Assembly (NCBI GenBank): GCA_963838835.1
Contig: CAWITA010000034.1
Location: forward strand, 3,980 to 67,979
DNA from: an uncultured Acidimicrobiaceae bacterium
GTDB taxonomy: Bacteria; Actinomycetota; Acidimicrobiia; Acidimicrobiales; RAAP-2
DNA: 64,000 bases
Direction: 5' to 3'
Positions 48,840-59,975 of the stretch are shown one piece after another (within the stretch, counting starts at the first letter, position 1; each line of letters opens with the position of its first letter). The notes under the pieces were generated by a model. It had not been told where the DNA came from. It saw nothing but the letters and a program-made list of their open reading frames with translations, and searched no databases. A program made the position numbers and the translations under genes.

Positions 48840-50391
48840 GTGAGCACGGCGGAGGTGGGCCGGACGCCCGAGGGCGCCCCGGCCGCGGGCTCCACGGGCA
48901 TGGGCGACGCGCGGTCGGCACCAGGGGTGGGGGCGCCCCGGCGCATGCTGGTCACCAACTGGCCCATGTGGGTCATCGGGTTCACCCTCTTCATCGACGG
49001 GATGGACCAGTACATCGTCCGGGGGAGCAGCGACCAGATCAAGGCGGCCTTCGGGGTGGGCGACACCGCCATCGGGCTGCTCTTCTCGGCCTTCATCCTC
49101 GTCAACGGGATCGTGACCATGCCGGCCGGTTACCTGGCCGACCGCTGGAACCGGACCCGGGCGATGGCGGTGACCATCGTGTTGTGGTCGATCATCAGTG
49201 CCCTGGGCGGCCTGGTGCCGACCACCGCCTTCGGTCTCTTGGTGGTGATCCGGGCGTCGCTCGGCTTCGGGCAGGCGGTCACCGACCCGTCGGGCAGCAG
49301 CGTCGTCGCCGACTACTACGGGACGGAGCGCCGCGGCCGGGCCTTCTCCGTGCAGCAGTGTCTGAGCTACGTCGGGTTGGGCATGGGCCTGGCCATCGGC
49401 GGCGCCATTGGGCCGCTCTTCGACGGCCACGGCTGGCGTCTCGCCTTCTTCGTCTCGCTGTTCCCCGGCCTCTTGGTGGCCTACCTCTGCTGGCGGCTCC
49501 CCGAGCCCAGCCGCGGGACGGCGGACCGCGCCCACGTGACACACAGCGAGGCAGATGGAGTTGGCCGAAGGCGGGCCGCCGCTGTTCCCGCAAGGTTTCG
49601 GCCACTTCCTCGGCGACATGGTGGACGGGTTGCGCAGGGACGTGGGGACCATCTTGCGGATCCCCACCATGCGCTACGCGCTGGTGGGCGTGTCGACCGT
49701 CGGCTTCGTGGTCACGGCGGTCGCCACCTGGATGCCCAACTTCTACCAGAACCAGCTGCACCTGACGCAGCAGGGAGCGAACGGAGCATTCGGCGCGTTG
49801 GCCATCCTGGGCGGGATCCCGGGAACGATACTCGGTGGGCGCATCGCGGACCGCTGGGTGGACCGCTTCCTGGGAGCCCGGGTGGTGATCCCCGCTGTCT
49901 GCATCGTCATCAGTGCTGCGCTTTTCATGATCTCGTTCATCCCGATGGCGTTCGCGCTGGTGTTCGTCGTGCAGTTGGCCGGATTCCTCGCCGCCACCGC
50001 CTGCGTCCCGGCGCTGCGGGCCGGCTTGTCGGACGCGGCGCCCGCCCACGTGCGCGGGGCGGGGTTCGGGGCCTTCAACCTCGCGTCAGTCGTGTTCGGC
50101 TCAGCGGCGGCGCCACTCGTCACCTCCGCCATCGCCGGGCAGTTCGACGACAACTACCGCACGGCCTTCCTTCTCATCTTGCCCATCGCCTTCCTCGGCG
50201 CCGGCTGCCTGCTGCTGGCGCGCACCCACATCGAGCGCGATGCCGCCAGGGTCTTCGAGGCGGTTGTCACGGCCCTGGCGGCCCAGGAGGCCGAGGAGGC
50301 GGCCTGGAACGCCGGCGCGGGGCCTAGTCGGGCCGAGGCGGGTCAGGACGTCGACGAGGACACCGCCGCCGGAGAGGACGGGGAGACGTAG
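48840..50391 (+). CDS. MFS transporter, frame broken near 49530-49556
   Basis: The N-half (track 48840) has MPAGYLADRWNRTRAM and the C-half (track 49555) has GGRIADRWVDRFLGAR, the duplicated MFS loop 2-3 and 8-9 motifs. The frame moves +1 between the halves. The start is uncertain (GTG 48840 or the later ATG). Confidence 0.8.
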
Positions 50392-50991
50392 CCCGAGAGG
50401 AGCGCACCGTTGCCTTTCACGTCGGCGTCGGCCTGGTGGGTACCGACCTCGACCACGCTGTAACCGGTGCGGTCGCCGTCGCCGTTGACGACGTCCGGTG
50501 CGTCGTCGTTGCCGGTGGCTGCCGTGACGACCGCCACGTGCACCGCGGTGAGGGCCGCGGTGTCGAGCCCGTAGACCGCCACGTCGCCCGGCCGCGGCTG
50601 GTAGCCCGGAGCCCACCGGGTGCCAGGTGCCGTGGTCCATCCCCCACACGTAGAAGCTCGCCGAGTCGGAGTTGAGATAGCCCGGCGCCAACTGGTAGTC
50701 GACCTGGGCGCCGGCCTCCTTCCAAACCCAGGCCGCGAAGTCCGCGCACCACTCCTCGTCGAGGTTCTCGTTGCCACAGTCGTCGATGCCGGCGTTCCAA
50801 TAGGCGCTGAACTTGTTGCAATAGGTGTCGGCGGGGTCGGTGCGGTATCCCACCTGACCCTCGGCGATGGCGACGATCCGGGCCCGCAGCGGGCTGAGGC
50901 CCGGGCCCCGCTCGAGGTAGGCCACCGCGGCGGTGCCGGCGCCCAACAGAGCGATGACCAGGAGAAACGTCACGAAGCGACGGCGGCGCAC
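50343..50991 (-). CDS. Secreted CHAP-domain peptidoglycan amidase/peptidase, frame broken near 50604-50607
   Basis: Signal/TM segment RRRRFVTFLLVIALLGAG. The catalytic Cys context is NLDEEWCADFAAWVWKEAG. After removing one base (GGCTCCGGG[C]TACCAG) the sequence continues YQPRPGDVAVYG...AVHVAVV, the His region. It overlaps the MFS gene's 3' end convergently. Confidence 0.75.
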
Positions 50992-51167
50992 CGGGGCGCG
51001 GCCGCGGCGCGGGAGGGGAACGGCCAGGGGTCGGGTCGGGCTCAGGAGGCTTCAGGGTAGCGAGCCGGCGCTGCGCTGAGGTGGCGGGCGGATTCTGAGA
51101 CAATGGCGGGTCGGCCGACACGCAGGCGGCGGTGCCGACGCGAGCGCAACCAGGAGGGATGGGCCCG

Positions 51168-53254
51168 ATGCAGGACGACGAGAGCGCGATCTCGCACACT
51201 CGTCTCGCCTACCTCCCGGCGCTCGACGGGGTCCGCGCCTGCGCGGTCCTGGCCGTGATGATGTTCCACGGGGGGATCCCCCACATGGACGGCGGGTTCA
51301 TGGGAGTCGACGCCTTCTTCGTGTTGTCGGGGTTCCTCATCACCTCGCTCCTGGTGGGCGAGTGGCGCCAGACCCTGACCATCAAGCTCGGGGCGTTCTG
51401 GGCCCGACGCGCGCGCCGCCTGTTGCCCGCCCTGTTCCTGATGCTGCTCTTCGTCGCCTTCTTTGCCTCGGTGATCGTCCCCAAGGGGACCTACGGGGCG
51501 CTCCGGCTCGACGCGCTCGCCACTCTGCTGTACGTGAGCAATTGGCACTTCATTCTGGTCAACTCGAACTACTTCAACGAGACGGCGGCCTCCTCGCCCC
51601 TCCTGCACACTTGGTCGCTCGCCGTCGAGGAACAGTTCTACGTGATCTGGCCGCTCGTGGTGCTCGGCATCCTGCACTTCACGCGGAACCTGCGGGTGCT
51701 GTTCGCGCTGTGCTGTGCCGCAGCGATCGCGTCGGCGACCTGGATGTACGTACTCTACGACGGCGGCCTGAACACGAACCGGGCCTACCTGGGCACCGAC
51801 ACCCGCTCCCAGTGCCTGTTCATCGGGTGCGCCCTCGCCGTCGGGCTCGTCATCGCGACGCAGCGCAGCCACGAGGACGGCCGCCTGGCCAAGGGAGAGC
51901 TCTGGCAGCCGGCGGGCGACACGGGCAAGGCGCTCTGCGGTGCTGATCGGCGTGGTCGGCGCCATCGGCGCCGTCGCGCTCTGGGTGCTCACCACGTCGA
52001 CCTCGTCGTTCCCCTACTCGGGCGGGTTCTTCCTCATCGGCCTCGCGGTCGCCGGCGTCATCCTGGCCGCCGTCGCGGCACCACGCAGCATCGTGCCGCG
52101 CCTTTTGTCGCTGACGCCGGTGCGCTACGTCGGGCGGATCTCCTACGGCCTCTACATCTGGCACTGGCCGATCTTCATCTGGCTCGACCACGCCCGCACC
52201 GGGCTCTACGGCTACGAGCTCTTCGCCGTGCGCGTCCTCGTCACCTTCGCGGTCTCGGTGGCGTCCTTCCACCTCGTCGAGCGTCCCATCCGCATGGGGA
52301 CCTTCGTCCGGCAGTGGAAGGCATGGGTGGCGGTGCCCGTCGGCGTCGGCGTCGTGCTGGTCGCGGTGGTCGCCGCCACCACCGGCACGTCGGCCGTGGC
52401 CAGCACCACGATCCCGGCCGCTATCGGTACGACGGGAATCAGCACCACCACGACCACGACGACGGCATCGGGTGCTCCGGCGCCGGCGCAACCGGTACGG
52501 GTGTTGCTCTTCGGCGATTCGGTGGCGTTGACCCTCGGACTGGGCCTGTCGTACACGTCGGAACAGGACAAGTACGGCTACGTCCTCGCCGACAAGGGGA
52601 TCCTCGGCTGTGGCGTCGTGGACGGGCCCGAAGTCGAGCTCATGGGCGACGCTCGACACCACGCCGTCCGCCTGCAACGGGTCACCGCTCGTGCCCGGTG
52701 AGGCGCCAAACGACCAGCCCTGGCCGGACCAGTGGCTGGCCGCCATCGACGCGGACAAGCCGAACGTCGTCGTGCTCCTGGCGGGGCGCTGGGAGGTGGT
52801 CGACCGCGAGTACCACGGCACCTGGACCAACATCTTGAGCCCGACCTATGCCGCGTACGTGAAGGAGCAGCTCGACTCGGCCTCGAATCTGGTGACGTCG
52901 ACGGGCGCCCGCATGGTGTTCCTGACCGCGCCCTGTACCGACTCGGGCGAACAACCCGACGGCGCACCCTGGCCGGAGGACAACCCGGCGCGCCTGGCGG
53001 TCTACAACAAGCTGGTGCGGGAGGTGGCGGCCGAGCACCCGCAGACCGATTCGGTGGTCGATCTCAACGCCGCGGCGTGCCCCAAGGGCAAGTACGCCAG
53101 CACGGTGGACGGCGTCGTGCTCCGGCGCAACGACGGCGTCCACTTCACCAACGCCGGAGGAGAATTCCTGGCGCCCAAGATCATGCCGCCCATCGTGGCG
53201 GCCGGGAGGGCACAAGCGGCCAGCGGCGTCGCGGTGCCGTCAGCCGGCGGGTGA
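51168..53254 (+). CDS. Acyltransferase-3 (OafA-like) membrane protein with C-terminal SGNH domain; two frame breaks (about 51930-51942 and 52640-52652)
   Basis: LAYLPALDGVRACAVLAVMMFHGG...GVDAFFVLSGFLIT...HTWSLAVEEQFY (AT3 motifs). The sequence then continues ISYGLYIWHWPIF and then VRVLLFGDSVALTLG...DGVHFT (SGNH blocks I and V). Tracks 51132, 51940 and 52610 are successive +1 frames. ATG 51168 lies 10 nt after AGGAGG. Confidence 0.85.
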
Positions 53255-53708
53255 GGCCGGGTTGGGGTTCACGTTCTGCGGGGTGGTCGCGCCGACGCCG
53301 CTGTTCCCGGGGCTCTGCGGATTGACGTTGGGATTCGTGTCGGCCACGACGCACTGCGCCCGTCAGCGCGGGGACGAGGTGCCCTTCGTCGACGACGGAG
53401 ATCTCCGAGATCGTGGTCATCAGCGAGTTCCACGAGCCGTCGTCGGAATTCGCCTGAGCCGCCAGAGGGAGCGCGGCCCGCAGCTCCTGATCGGCCTCCG
53501 CCTGGAGCTGCGCCGCGGCGGCGGGGGACATGCCGGCGCGGGTCGAGCGGAGGTACTCCGAAACGGAGCGGTGGACGTGCACACACGCCTGTTGGGCCAG
53601 GGCTTGACCGCCGCCGTTGGCGCAGGCGCTCAGTGCGACGACCGAGCCGGCGATCGTGAACGCCACCGCGGCGACGCGACCTGCACCGGGGCGGCGGGTC
53701 CGCCCCAC
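53240..53708 (-). CDS. Putative lipoprotein, frame broken near 53357-53364
   Basis: Signal plus lipobox: RVAAVAFTIAGSVVALSAC|ANGG. After LVPALT[G] the plausible continuation AQCVVADTNPNVNPQSPGNSGVGATTPQNVNPNPASPAG* is in the +1 frame. The track frame instead gives an Arg-rich tail. Confidence 0.55.
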
Positions 53709-53709
53709 C

Positions 53710-54267
53710 TCAACCGAGCCAGCGTTCGGCGGACTCGAGGAGGAAGCGGCTGACCGCGAGGGCGCGATCGAAGACGTCGCAGAGCAGCTCCTCGCCGCTG
53801 AGGACGCGGGCCAGCGACACCGGATGCCGGGCCACGATGCTCAACCGTCGCTCCGAGCCGTCGGTGGCGTTGGCGAAGGAGTCGATGGCCGAGACCTCGA
53901 GCGGGAGCTCGATGCCGCCGACGCCGGCGAGGTCGATGGCCAGGCGGAGCAGGTCGGGCCCGCTCGGCAGGGGCGGGAGCGCCCAGGTGAAGGTCAGCGG
54001 GAAGTGGTACTCGTCGGGCGGCTCCTCGTCCTCGGAGAGCAACACGACGGCGTCCTCGAAGGAGAGGAGGACGCGGGGGTCGACGTCGAGGGCGAGATGG
54101 AGGTCCAGCGGGCCGCCACAGCCCTCCTCGGGATGCAGGTCGACCTCCCAGACCTGGCGCAACGAGTAGGTCTCGACGAAGTGCCGCTCGTCGTGCACGT
54201 GGAACCCGTGGTCGACGGAGTGGTCCTTCAGGTCGGCGACGTAGCCGGCGACGTCTATGGCAGCCAC
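53710..54267 (-). CDS. Hypothetical acidic protein (185 aa)
   Basis: Non-biased composition, full-length ORF, and its stop lies 1 nt from the start of the downstream lipoprotein gene (operon-like). No family recognised. Confidence 0.55.
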   Translation of the reverse strand: MAAIDVAGYVADLKDHSVDHGFHVHDERHFVETYSLRQVWEVDLHPEEGCGGPLDLHLALDVDPRVLLSFEDAVVLLSEDEEPPDEYHFPLTFTWALPPLPSGPDLLRLAIDLAGVGGIELPLEVSAIDSFANATDGSERRLSIVARHPVSLARVLSGEELLCDVFDRALAVSRFLLESAERWLG

Positions 54268-54347
54268 AACCGAGTCAGCCTACTGGGATCCGACCGGCGG
54301 CCAGCCAAGCGGGCCGACGTGACCGCGGCCGATAGGGTTCGTCTCCC

Positions 54348-55088
54348 GTGGATGACGCCCGCCTTCTCGAGGTGCTCGACGACGCCGTGCTGGCCGTGCG
54401 TGACGCGCTCGACCGACTGGAGGACTGGGGGCCGACGGGGGACAAGGCGGGTCAGTACCGGCTCGACCTGGCGGCCGACGGCGCGGCGCTGCTCGTCCTG
54501 CACGGCGCGGGCCTGGCGGTGCTCTCCGAGGAGTCGGGCATGACCGGTGATGGGTCCGGCGGGCTGTTGGCGGTCCTCGACCCCGTCGACGGCTCCACCA
54601 ACGCGCACCGGGGCGTGCCCTTCTACGCCACGAGCATCTGCGTGCTCGACGCCGCAGGGCCACGGGTGGGCGTCGTGGTCAACCAGGCGACGGGGGAGCG
54701 GTACGCCGCCGTGCGGGGCGGCGGCGCGGAAAAGGACGGCGTCCGCATCGCGCCGTCGGGCTGCGAGGAACTCGGACTCGCCATCGTGGGTATCTCGGGT
54801 TTTCCCGGCCGCTACCCGGGATGGGCCCAGTATCGGGCGCTCGGCGCGGCCTCGCTCGAGTGTTGCGCGGTCGCCGAGGGCATGCTGGACGCCTACCTGG
54901 TGGCCGGGCGAAGCACGCTGTACGGGTGGGACTATCTCGCCGGCCTGTTGCTCTGCCGCGAGGCGGGCGCGGCGGAGGGAGAACGCGAGGGCCGGGACCT
55001 GGTGGTGCGCGACGCGTCGACGCGGCGACCGATCGTGGCGGCGACCGGCCCTCTGGCCCACCGTCTCGGAGAGGAGACGCGACTATGA
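54348..55088 (+). CDS. Inositol monophosphatase family protein (SuhB/CysQ-like)
   Basis: Motifs AVLSEESG, LDPVDGSTNAHRG and WDYLAG, in the canonical order and spacing. Confidence 0.88.
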   Translation: MDDARLLEVLDDAVLAVRDALDRLEDWGPTGDKAGQYRLDLAADGAALLVLHGAGLAVLSEESGMTGDGSGGLLAVLDPVDGSTNAHRGVPFYATSICVLDAAGPRVGVVVNQATGERYAAVRGGGAEKDGVRIAPSGCEELGLAIVGISGFPGRYPGWAQYRALGAASLECCAVAEGMLDAYLVAGRSTLYGWDYLAGLLLCREAGAAEGEREGRDLVVRDASTRRPIVAATGPLAHRLGEETRL

Positions 55089-55936
55089 ACGACGCCGGGC
55101 CCGACGGAGCCCTGCGGGCGCGCAAGACCTGGCGCACGCTCGAGCCGCTCCACGGCATGGTGTACTTCGTGCCCGAGGCGGCGGAGGCGTACGAGCGTCT
55201 CGGTATCACGGGGCGGGCCGGCTACTTCGCGTCGCGGGCGGCACCCATGGGTGCGGTGCAGGCGGACGTGGTGGTCTCGACGTTCTTCAACTTCAACCCC
55301 GAACTCGTGCACGCGGCGATTCCCTCGTCATGGGCCATCGCGGCGCCCGCAGCGCTCGTGACCGCCCGCTTCGGTGCCGTCGACGTGGCCTGCCGGCGGC
55401 TGCTGGGCGACGACGTGCTGGCGTCCGCGGAGATGCGCCGCGCCGCCGACCTGGCGCGCCGGGTGGCGGAGGAGGCGAGCCGTCGGACCGAGGGGAGGCC
55501 GTTGGCCGCGGCGCACGCCGACGTGGCCTGGCCGGCCGAAGCGCACCTCGTGCTGTGGCACGCCCAGTCCATTCTGCGTGAGTACCGCGGTGACGGCCAC
55601 ATCGCGCTCCTCGTCGTGCACGGCCTGTCCGGCCTCGAGGCGTTGGTCACCCACGCAGCGGCCGGCGACGTGCCGGCGCAGCTGTTGCGCTCGACCCGGG
55701 GTTGGTCCCAAGAGGCGTGGGATGCGGCGGTCGATGCGTTGCGCGGGCGGGGCTGGCTCGAGCGCGGCGACCAGCTCCGTTTGAGCGAGTGGGGCGGGGC
55801 CCAGCGCCGGACCATCGAGGACCGCACCGACGCACTCGCGGCCCCGCCCTACGACGCCCTCGGAGAGGAGGACTGCGCGACGCTACGCGCGCTCGTCCGA
55901 CCCTGGAGCACGGTCTTCGCCGAACAGCTGCGCTGA
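55085..55936 (+). CDS. Conserved hypothetical protein (283 aa)
   Basis: ATG 55085 overlaps the IMPase stop (ATGA). Well-behaved composition: MNDAGPDGALRARKTWRTLEPLHGMVYFVPEAAEAYERLGITGRAGYFASRAAPMG.... Function unknown to me. Confidence 0.65.
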   Translation: MNDAGPDGALRARKTWRTLEPLHGMVYFVPEAAEAYERLGITGRAGYFASRAAPMGAVQADVVVSTFFNFNPELVHAAIPSSWAIAAPAALVTARFGAVDVACRRLLGDDVLASAEMRRAADLARRVAEEASRRTEGRPLAAAHADVAWPAEAHLVLWHAQSILREYRGDGHIALLVVHGLSGLEALVTHAAAGDVPAQLLRSTRGWSQEAWDAAVDALRGRGWLERGDQLRLSEWGGAQRRTIEDRTDALAAPPYDALGEEDCATLRALVRPWSTVFAEQLR

Positions 55937-55937
55937 G

Positions 55938-55991
55938 GGTGCAAGCGGCGGGCCTGCACCGTACGCTGAGCGGGCCCGACTCGTAGGGCCC
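55938..55991 (+). terminator. Two GC-rich hairpins directly after the 55085..55936 gene
   Basis: GGTGCA(55938-55943)/TGCACC(55955-55960) and GGGCCC(55972-55977)/GGGCCC(55986-55991). No U-tract, so this is only a candidate. Confidence 0.3.
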
Positions 55992-56032
55992 GGTGGGAGC
56001 ACAATCTTGAGCCACGTAACGCACGGACGACC

Positions 56033-57832
56033 ATGGCCTGGCGCGCCCCCGGCCGGTTGCCGCGGGGGCCCCCGATGAGCCCCGCCTCGACCCGCCGCGG
56101 CCTTCCCGTACGCGAGGCGCTCCGTGGCCGAGGGTTGAACCTCTACGACCTGCTGCTCGCCGTGGCGATCATCGCGCTCCTCTACGTCGTGGTGAAGCTG
56201 GGCCAGGCGATGGCGGTCAACTACGCCCCGGGCCGGACGTTTGTCAAGCTGAACACGAGCATCTCGAACGTCCCGTACTACGCGGCTCGCTCGCTCCTCC
56301 GGATGTTCATCGCGTTGTTCCTCTCAACGGTCTTCACGCTGGTCTACGGCACCGCGGCGGCACGCCTGCGCCGGGCCGAGAAGGTGCTCGTCCCGATCCT
56401 CGACGTCCTGCAGTCGATCCCCATCCTGGTCTTCCTGCCCGTGGCACTGACCTTCTTCATCAAGTTGTTCCCCAACAACCTGCTCGGCCTCGAGGCGGCG
56501 TCCATCTTCGTGATTTTCACCTCGCAGGCGTGGAACATGACGTTCAGCTTCTATCACTCCCTCATCGCCCAGCCCACCGAGTTGGACGAGGCGGCCCGCA
56601 TGTACCGCCTCACCAAGTGGCAGCGGTTCTGGAAGCTCGACGTCCCGAGCTCCATGATCGGGCTGGTCTGGAACATGATGATGTCGATGGGCGGCGGCTG
56701 GTTCTTCCTCACCGCGTCCGAAGCTGTCACCGTGTTCATCGGGGGCAAGGGCCTCACCGAGAGCCTCCCGGGGATCGGGAGCTACATGGGCGCCGCTGCG
56801 GCCGCGGGCTCCTACACCAAGGTGACGATTGCCATCGTCACCTTGGTGATCCTGGTCGTGGGTACCAACTTCTTCGTCTTCCGCCCGCTGGTCGCCTGGG
56901 CGGAGCGGTTCCGCTTGGAGACGTCGGAATCGGCCGAGAAGCCCAAGAGCGTCGTGCTCGACGTGCTGCGCCGTTCGGCGATCCCCCACGCGCTGGCCCG
57001 GCTCACCCGGCCCATCGGTCGTTTCCTGGACCGGGTCACCCGTCCGTTCGGCCTCGCCGAGTACCCCCTGCACCAGGACGAGCGCCGGCGCCGACTCGGT
57101 GATCTCATCTTCTGGACCGTCATCGTCGCCGCGTCGGGCGTGGTGGCCGTGACCGGGATCGTCTATCTCAACGCGCATCTCGGATTCTCACGCTTCCCGT
57201 CGCTCATCGCACTGGGGTTCGCCACCTTCGCCCGGGTCGTCGTCCTCCTCGTCATCTCCACGATCATCTGGGTGCCGGTGGGAGTGAAGATCGGGATGAG
57301 TCCCCGCCTCTCCCGGTACGCCCAGCCCATCGTGCAGGTGCTCGCCAGCTTCCCGGCCATCGTGCTCTTCCCGTTCATCACCGCCATCTTCCTGGGCCTC
57401 GGCGTGCCCTTGGATTACGGCGCCATCCTCCTCATGATGCTCGGAGCCCAGTGGTACATCCTGTTCAACGTGATCGCCGGGGCGAGCGCAATCCCCAACG
57501 ACATGCGCGAGATGATGACCGTGATGCAGCTCACCCGGCGGCAGCGCTGGCAGCGGGTCATCCTGCCCGCCATCTTCCCGGCCTACGTCACCGGTGGGAT
57601 CACGGCGGCTGGCGGAGCATGGAACGCGTCCATCGTCGCGGAGCTCGTGGCGTGGCACCACCAGACCCTCGACGCGTATGGGCTCGGCAATTACATCTCG
57701 ACGGCCTCGATCGAGGGGAAGTTCGCGCTGTTGATCGGCGGCGGCATCGTCATGAGCGTGTTCGTGGTGACCGTCAACCGGCTCTTCTGGCGACGCCTCT
57801 ACCGCCTGGCCGAGAGCAGATTCTCGCTGTGA
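56033..57832 (+). CDS. ABC transporter permease, fused double TM domain (NitT/TauT nitrate/sulfonate/bicarbonate family)
   Basis: 599 aa with two repeats of the binding-protein-dependent permease fold, including EAA-like loops (LDEAARMYRLTKWQRFWKLDVP and MREMMTVMQLTRRQRWQRVILP). The start may be the internal ATG (MSPAST). Confidence 0.85.
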   Translation: MAWRAPGRLPRGPPMSPASTRRGLPVREALRGRGLNLYDLLLAVAIIALLYVVVKLGQAMAVNYAPGRTFVKLNTSISNVPYYAARSLLRMFIALFLSTVFTLVYGTAAARLRRAEKVLVPILDVLQSIPILVFLPVALTFFIKLFPNNLLGLEAASIFVIFTSQAWNMTFSFYHSLIAQPTELDEAARMYRLTKWQRFWKLDVPSSMIGLVWNMMMSMGGGWFFLTASEAVTVFIGGKGLTESLPGIGSYMGAAAAAGSYTKVTIAIVTLVILVVGTNFFVFRPLVAWAERFRLETSESAEKPKSVVLDVLRRSAIPHALARLTRPIGRFLDRVTRPFGLAEYPLHQDERRRRLGDLIFWTVIVAASGVVAVTGIVYLNAHLGFSRFPSLIALGFATFARVVVLLVISTIIWVPVGVKIGMSPRLSRYAQPIVQVLASFPAIVLFPFITAIFLGLGVPLDYGAILLMMLGAQWYILFNVIAGASAIPNDMREMMTVMQLTRRQRWQRVILPAIFPAYVTGGITAAGGAWNASIVAELVAWHHQTLDAYGLGNYISTASIEGKFALLIGGGIVMSVFVVTVNRLFWRRLYRLAESRFSL

Positions 57833-57881
57833 GGTCCGTCACGTTGACCGCGACGGGGCGCAGGGACCAGAGTGAGGGCCT

Positions 57882-59237
57882 GTGACACTGTCCACGGGCC
57901 GGCGAGACGGCAGTGCCAACGGAGAGCGGGCGATCATTCAGGTGTCGCACCTCTTCAAGACGTTCACGTCGCCGGACGGGAGCCCGCTCCCGGTGCTCGA
58001 GGACATCACGCTGAACCTCGACGAGGGCGAGATCGTGGCACTGCTGGGCCGTTCGGGCTCGGGGAAGAGCACGCTGCTCCGCTGTATCGCCGGTCTCATC
58101 GAGCCCACCGCGGGGGAGATCTCCTACCGGGGCGAGATCCTCAATGGTGCCTGCCACGGGGTCTCGATGGTGTTCCAGAGTTTCGCGCTGCTGCCGTGGC
58201 TCACGGTGCGCCAGAACGTGGAGCTGGGACTCGAAGCGAGGGGGGTGCCCCCCGCGGAGCGGCTCGACCGGGCCGAGCGCGCCATCGACACCATCGGCCT
58301 CGACGGGTTCGAATCGGCCTACCCCAAGGAATTGTCCGGTGGGATGCGCCAACGGGTCGGTTTCGCGCGGGCGCTCGTGGTCGAGCCCGACGCGCTGCTC
58401 ATGGACGAGCCCTTCTCGGCGCTCGATGTCCTGACGGCGCAGAACCTGCGGGCCGAGCTTCTCCGGTTGTGGACGCAGTCGAACTTCCCGACCAAGGCGA
58501 TGCTGATCGTGACGCACAACATTGAGGAGGCGGTGATCCTGGCCGACCGGATCTTCGTCCTCGGCGCCAACCCCGGCCGCATCCGGGCGGAGATCCCGGT
58601 GAAATTCCCTCAGCCCCGGGATCGACACGACCCGGCATTCGAGGCGCTCGTCGACGAGATCTACGGCTTCATGACCGGTGGGGACTCCAGGGCGCCCTCG
58701 CACGTGTGGACGGTGGCCTCGCCGGGGGAGGGATCCCCGGTCGACACGCCCCTCCCGGCGGCGACGGTCGGAGGCATGGCGGGCCTGCTCGAGATCCTGG
58801 CGGCCCGAGGCGGCCGGGAGGATCTCCCAGAGCTGGCCAGCGACCTGACCTTCGAGGTGGACGATCTGCTTCCGCTGGTCGACGCGGCCCAGCTGCTCGG
58901 CCTGGCCGGGGTGGAGGACGCCGACCTTCAGATCAGCGACGACGGCCAGGTGTTCGTGGCGGCCGACATCCACGAGTCGAAGCAGATCTTTGCGCGGCGG
59001 GCGCGCGAGCGCGCGCCCCTGGTGCGCGCCATCTACAACGCGCTGATGACCACCAAGGACGGCACCTTGGGCGAGAGCTTCTTCCTCGACCTGCTCCGCC
59101 GTGGCTTTACCGAGGACGAGGCGCGCGAGCAGCTCCGTATCGCGGTCGACTGGGGCCGCTACGGCGAGCTGTTCGACCTCGATGCCCACACGGGCCAGCT
59201 CACCTTGGACCACTCCCTCAATACTGGAGCGGCCTGA
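57882..59237 (+). CDS. ABC transporter ATP-binding protein (NitT/TauT family) with about 190-aa C-terminal extension
   Basis: Walker A GRSGSGKST, Q-loop MVFQSFALLPW, signature LSGGMRQRV, Walker B LLMDEPFSALD, H-loop VTHNIEEA. The C-terminal part resembles the AAA-associated domain seen in this family. Confidence 0.9.
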   Translation: MTLSTGRRDGSANGERAIIQVSHLFKTFTSPDGSPLPVLEDITLNLDEGEIVALLGRSGSGKSTLLRCIAGLIEPTAGEISYRGEILNGACHGVSMVFQSFALLPWLTVRQNVELGLEARGVPPAERLDRAERAIDTIGLDGFESAYPKELSGGMRQRVGFARALVVEPDALLMDEPFSALDVLTAQNLRAELLRLWTQSNFPTKAMLIVTHNIEEAVILADRIFVLGANPGRIRAEIPVKFPQPRDRHDPAFEALVDEIYGFMTGGDSRAPSHVWTVASPGEGSPVDTPLPAATVGGMAGLLEILAARGGREDLPELASDLTFEVDDLLPLVDAAQLLGLAGVEDADLQISDDGQVFVAADIHESKQIFARRARERAPLVRAIYNALMTTKDGTLGESFFLDLLRRGFTEDEAREQLRIAVDWGRYGELFDLDAHTGQLTLDHSLNTGAA

Positions 59238-59335
59238 ACGGCGGTTCGTTTGTTGCCGCCGCACGCTCGCCCGCCCGGTTGCAGAGGGCTAGCGTGGGAC
59301 GCCCTCTTACGAGGGGACTTCATGAGAGATCGCAC

Positions 59336-59409
59336 GGGCGCTTAGCTCAGTTGGTTAGAGCAGCTGGCTTACAACCAGCAGGCCGGGGGTTCGAGTCCCT
59401 CAGCGCCCA
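59336..59409 (+). tRNA. tRNA-Val (anticodon TAC)
   Basis: Cloverleaf read by hand: acceptor GGGCGCT/AGCGCCC, D-arm GCTC..GAGC, anticodon stem GCTGG/CCAGC with loop CTTACAA, T-arm GGGGG-TTCGAGT-CCCTC, discriminator A. CCA is not encoded. Confidence 0.9.
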
Positions 59410-59912
59410 CTATTCCAACTAGACACCAAGGAAGGCAGGGAGGACAGAAGCGGCCGGAAGCCGGACAAGGGAGGGAGGGCGACCCCACAGGGAGCCCGAC
59501 CGACCGGCTTGGGGAAGGGCGGGCGTGATTGCCGGGATGCAAGCCGGACACGCGTCAGCGATAGAGCTGCGCCACTAGGGCTGACGACAAGCGGAGCACC
59601 CTGGGGATGCGAGCGCTCCGCAGTCGGCCCGAGAGCCGTGCACGGAGGCGGGCGACCCCACGTGGAGCCCGAACGACCAGGTCCGTGCGGGACGTCGATC
59701 CGATCAGGATCTCGGCCTCGGCGATCTGCAACCAGACCAGCGTCTGTGCCCTCCGACACACAACGGGTGTCTCCATCGACACGGTCACCGGAGTCGGTCC
59801 GCACAGAGGCTGGTCTGGTTTGCGGCTCAGGCGGCGGATCTTGCGTCCAGGTGCGCCAGTGCCCGCCGCCGTGGCGACAGGCACTGGCACGGTCAACTTC
59901 GTCCGGACTTAC

Positions 59913-59975
59913 TTAGTAGCTGTGGCTCCGAGTAAGGCGGCGGATCTTGCGGATCTTGCGGATGCGGTTCTTCAT
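59913..59975 (-). CDS. Candidate 20-codon Arg/Lys-rich mini-ORF (MKNRIRKIRKIRRLTRSHSY)
   Basis: ATG is preceded by AAGAGAGGAACGACC (GAGAGGA core, 7-nt spacer), an unusually good SD for this window. The stop is TAA. An inverted repeat CCAGTGCC/GGCACTGG (59853-59886) lies downstream. It could instead be the tail of a longer ORF (possible MTEIDSF start near 60273). Confidence 0.3.
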   Translation of the reverse strand: MKNRIRKIRKIRRLTRSHSY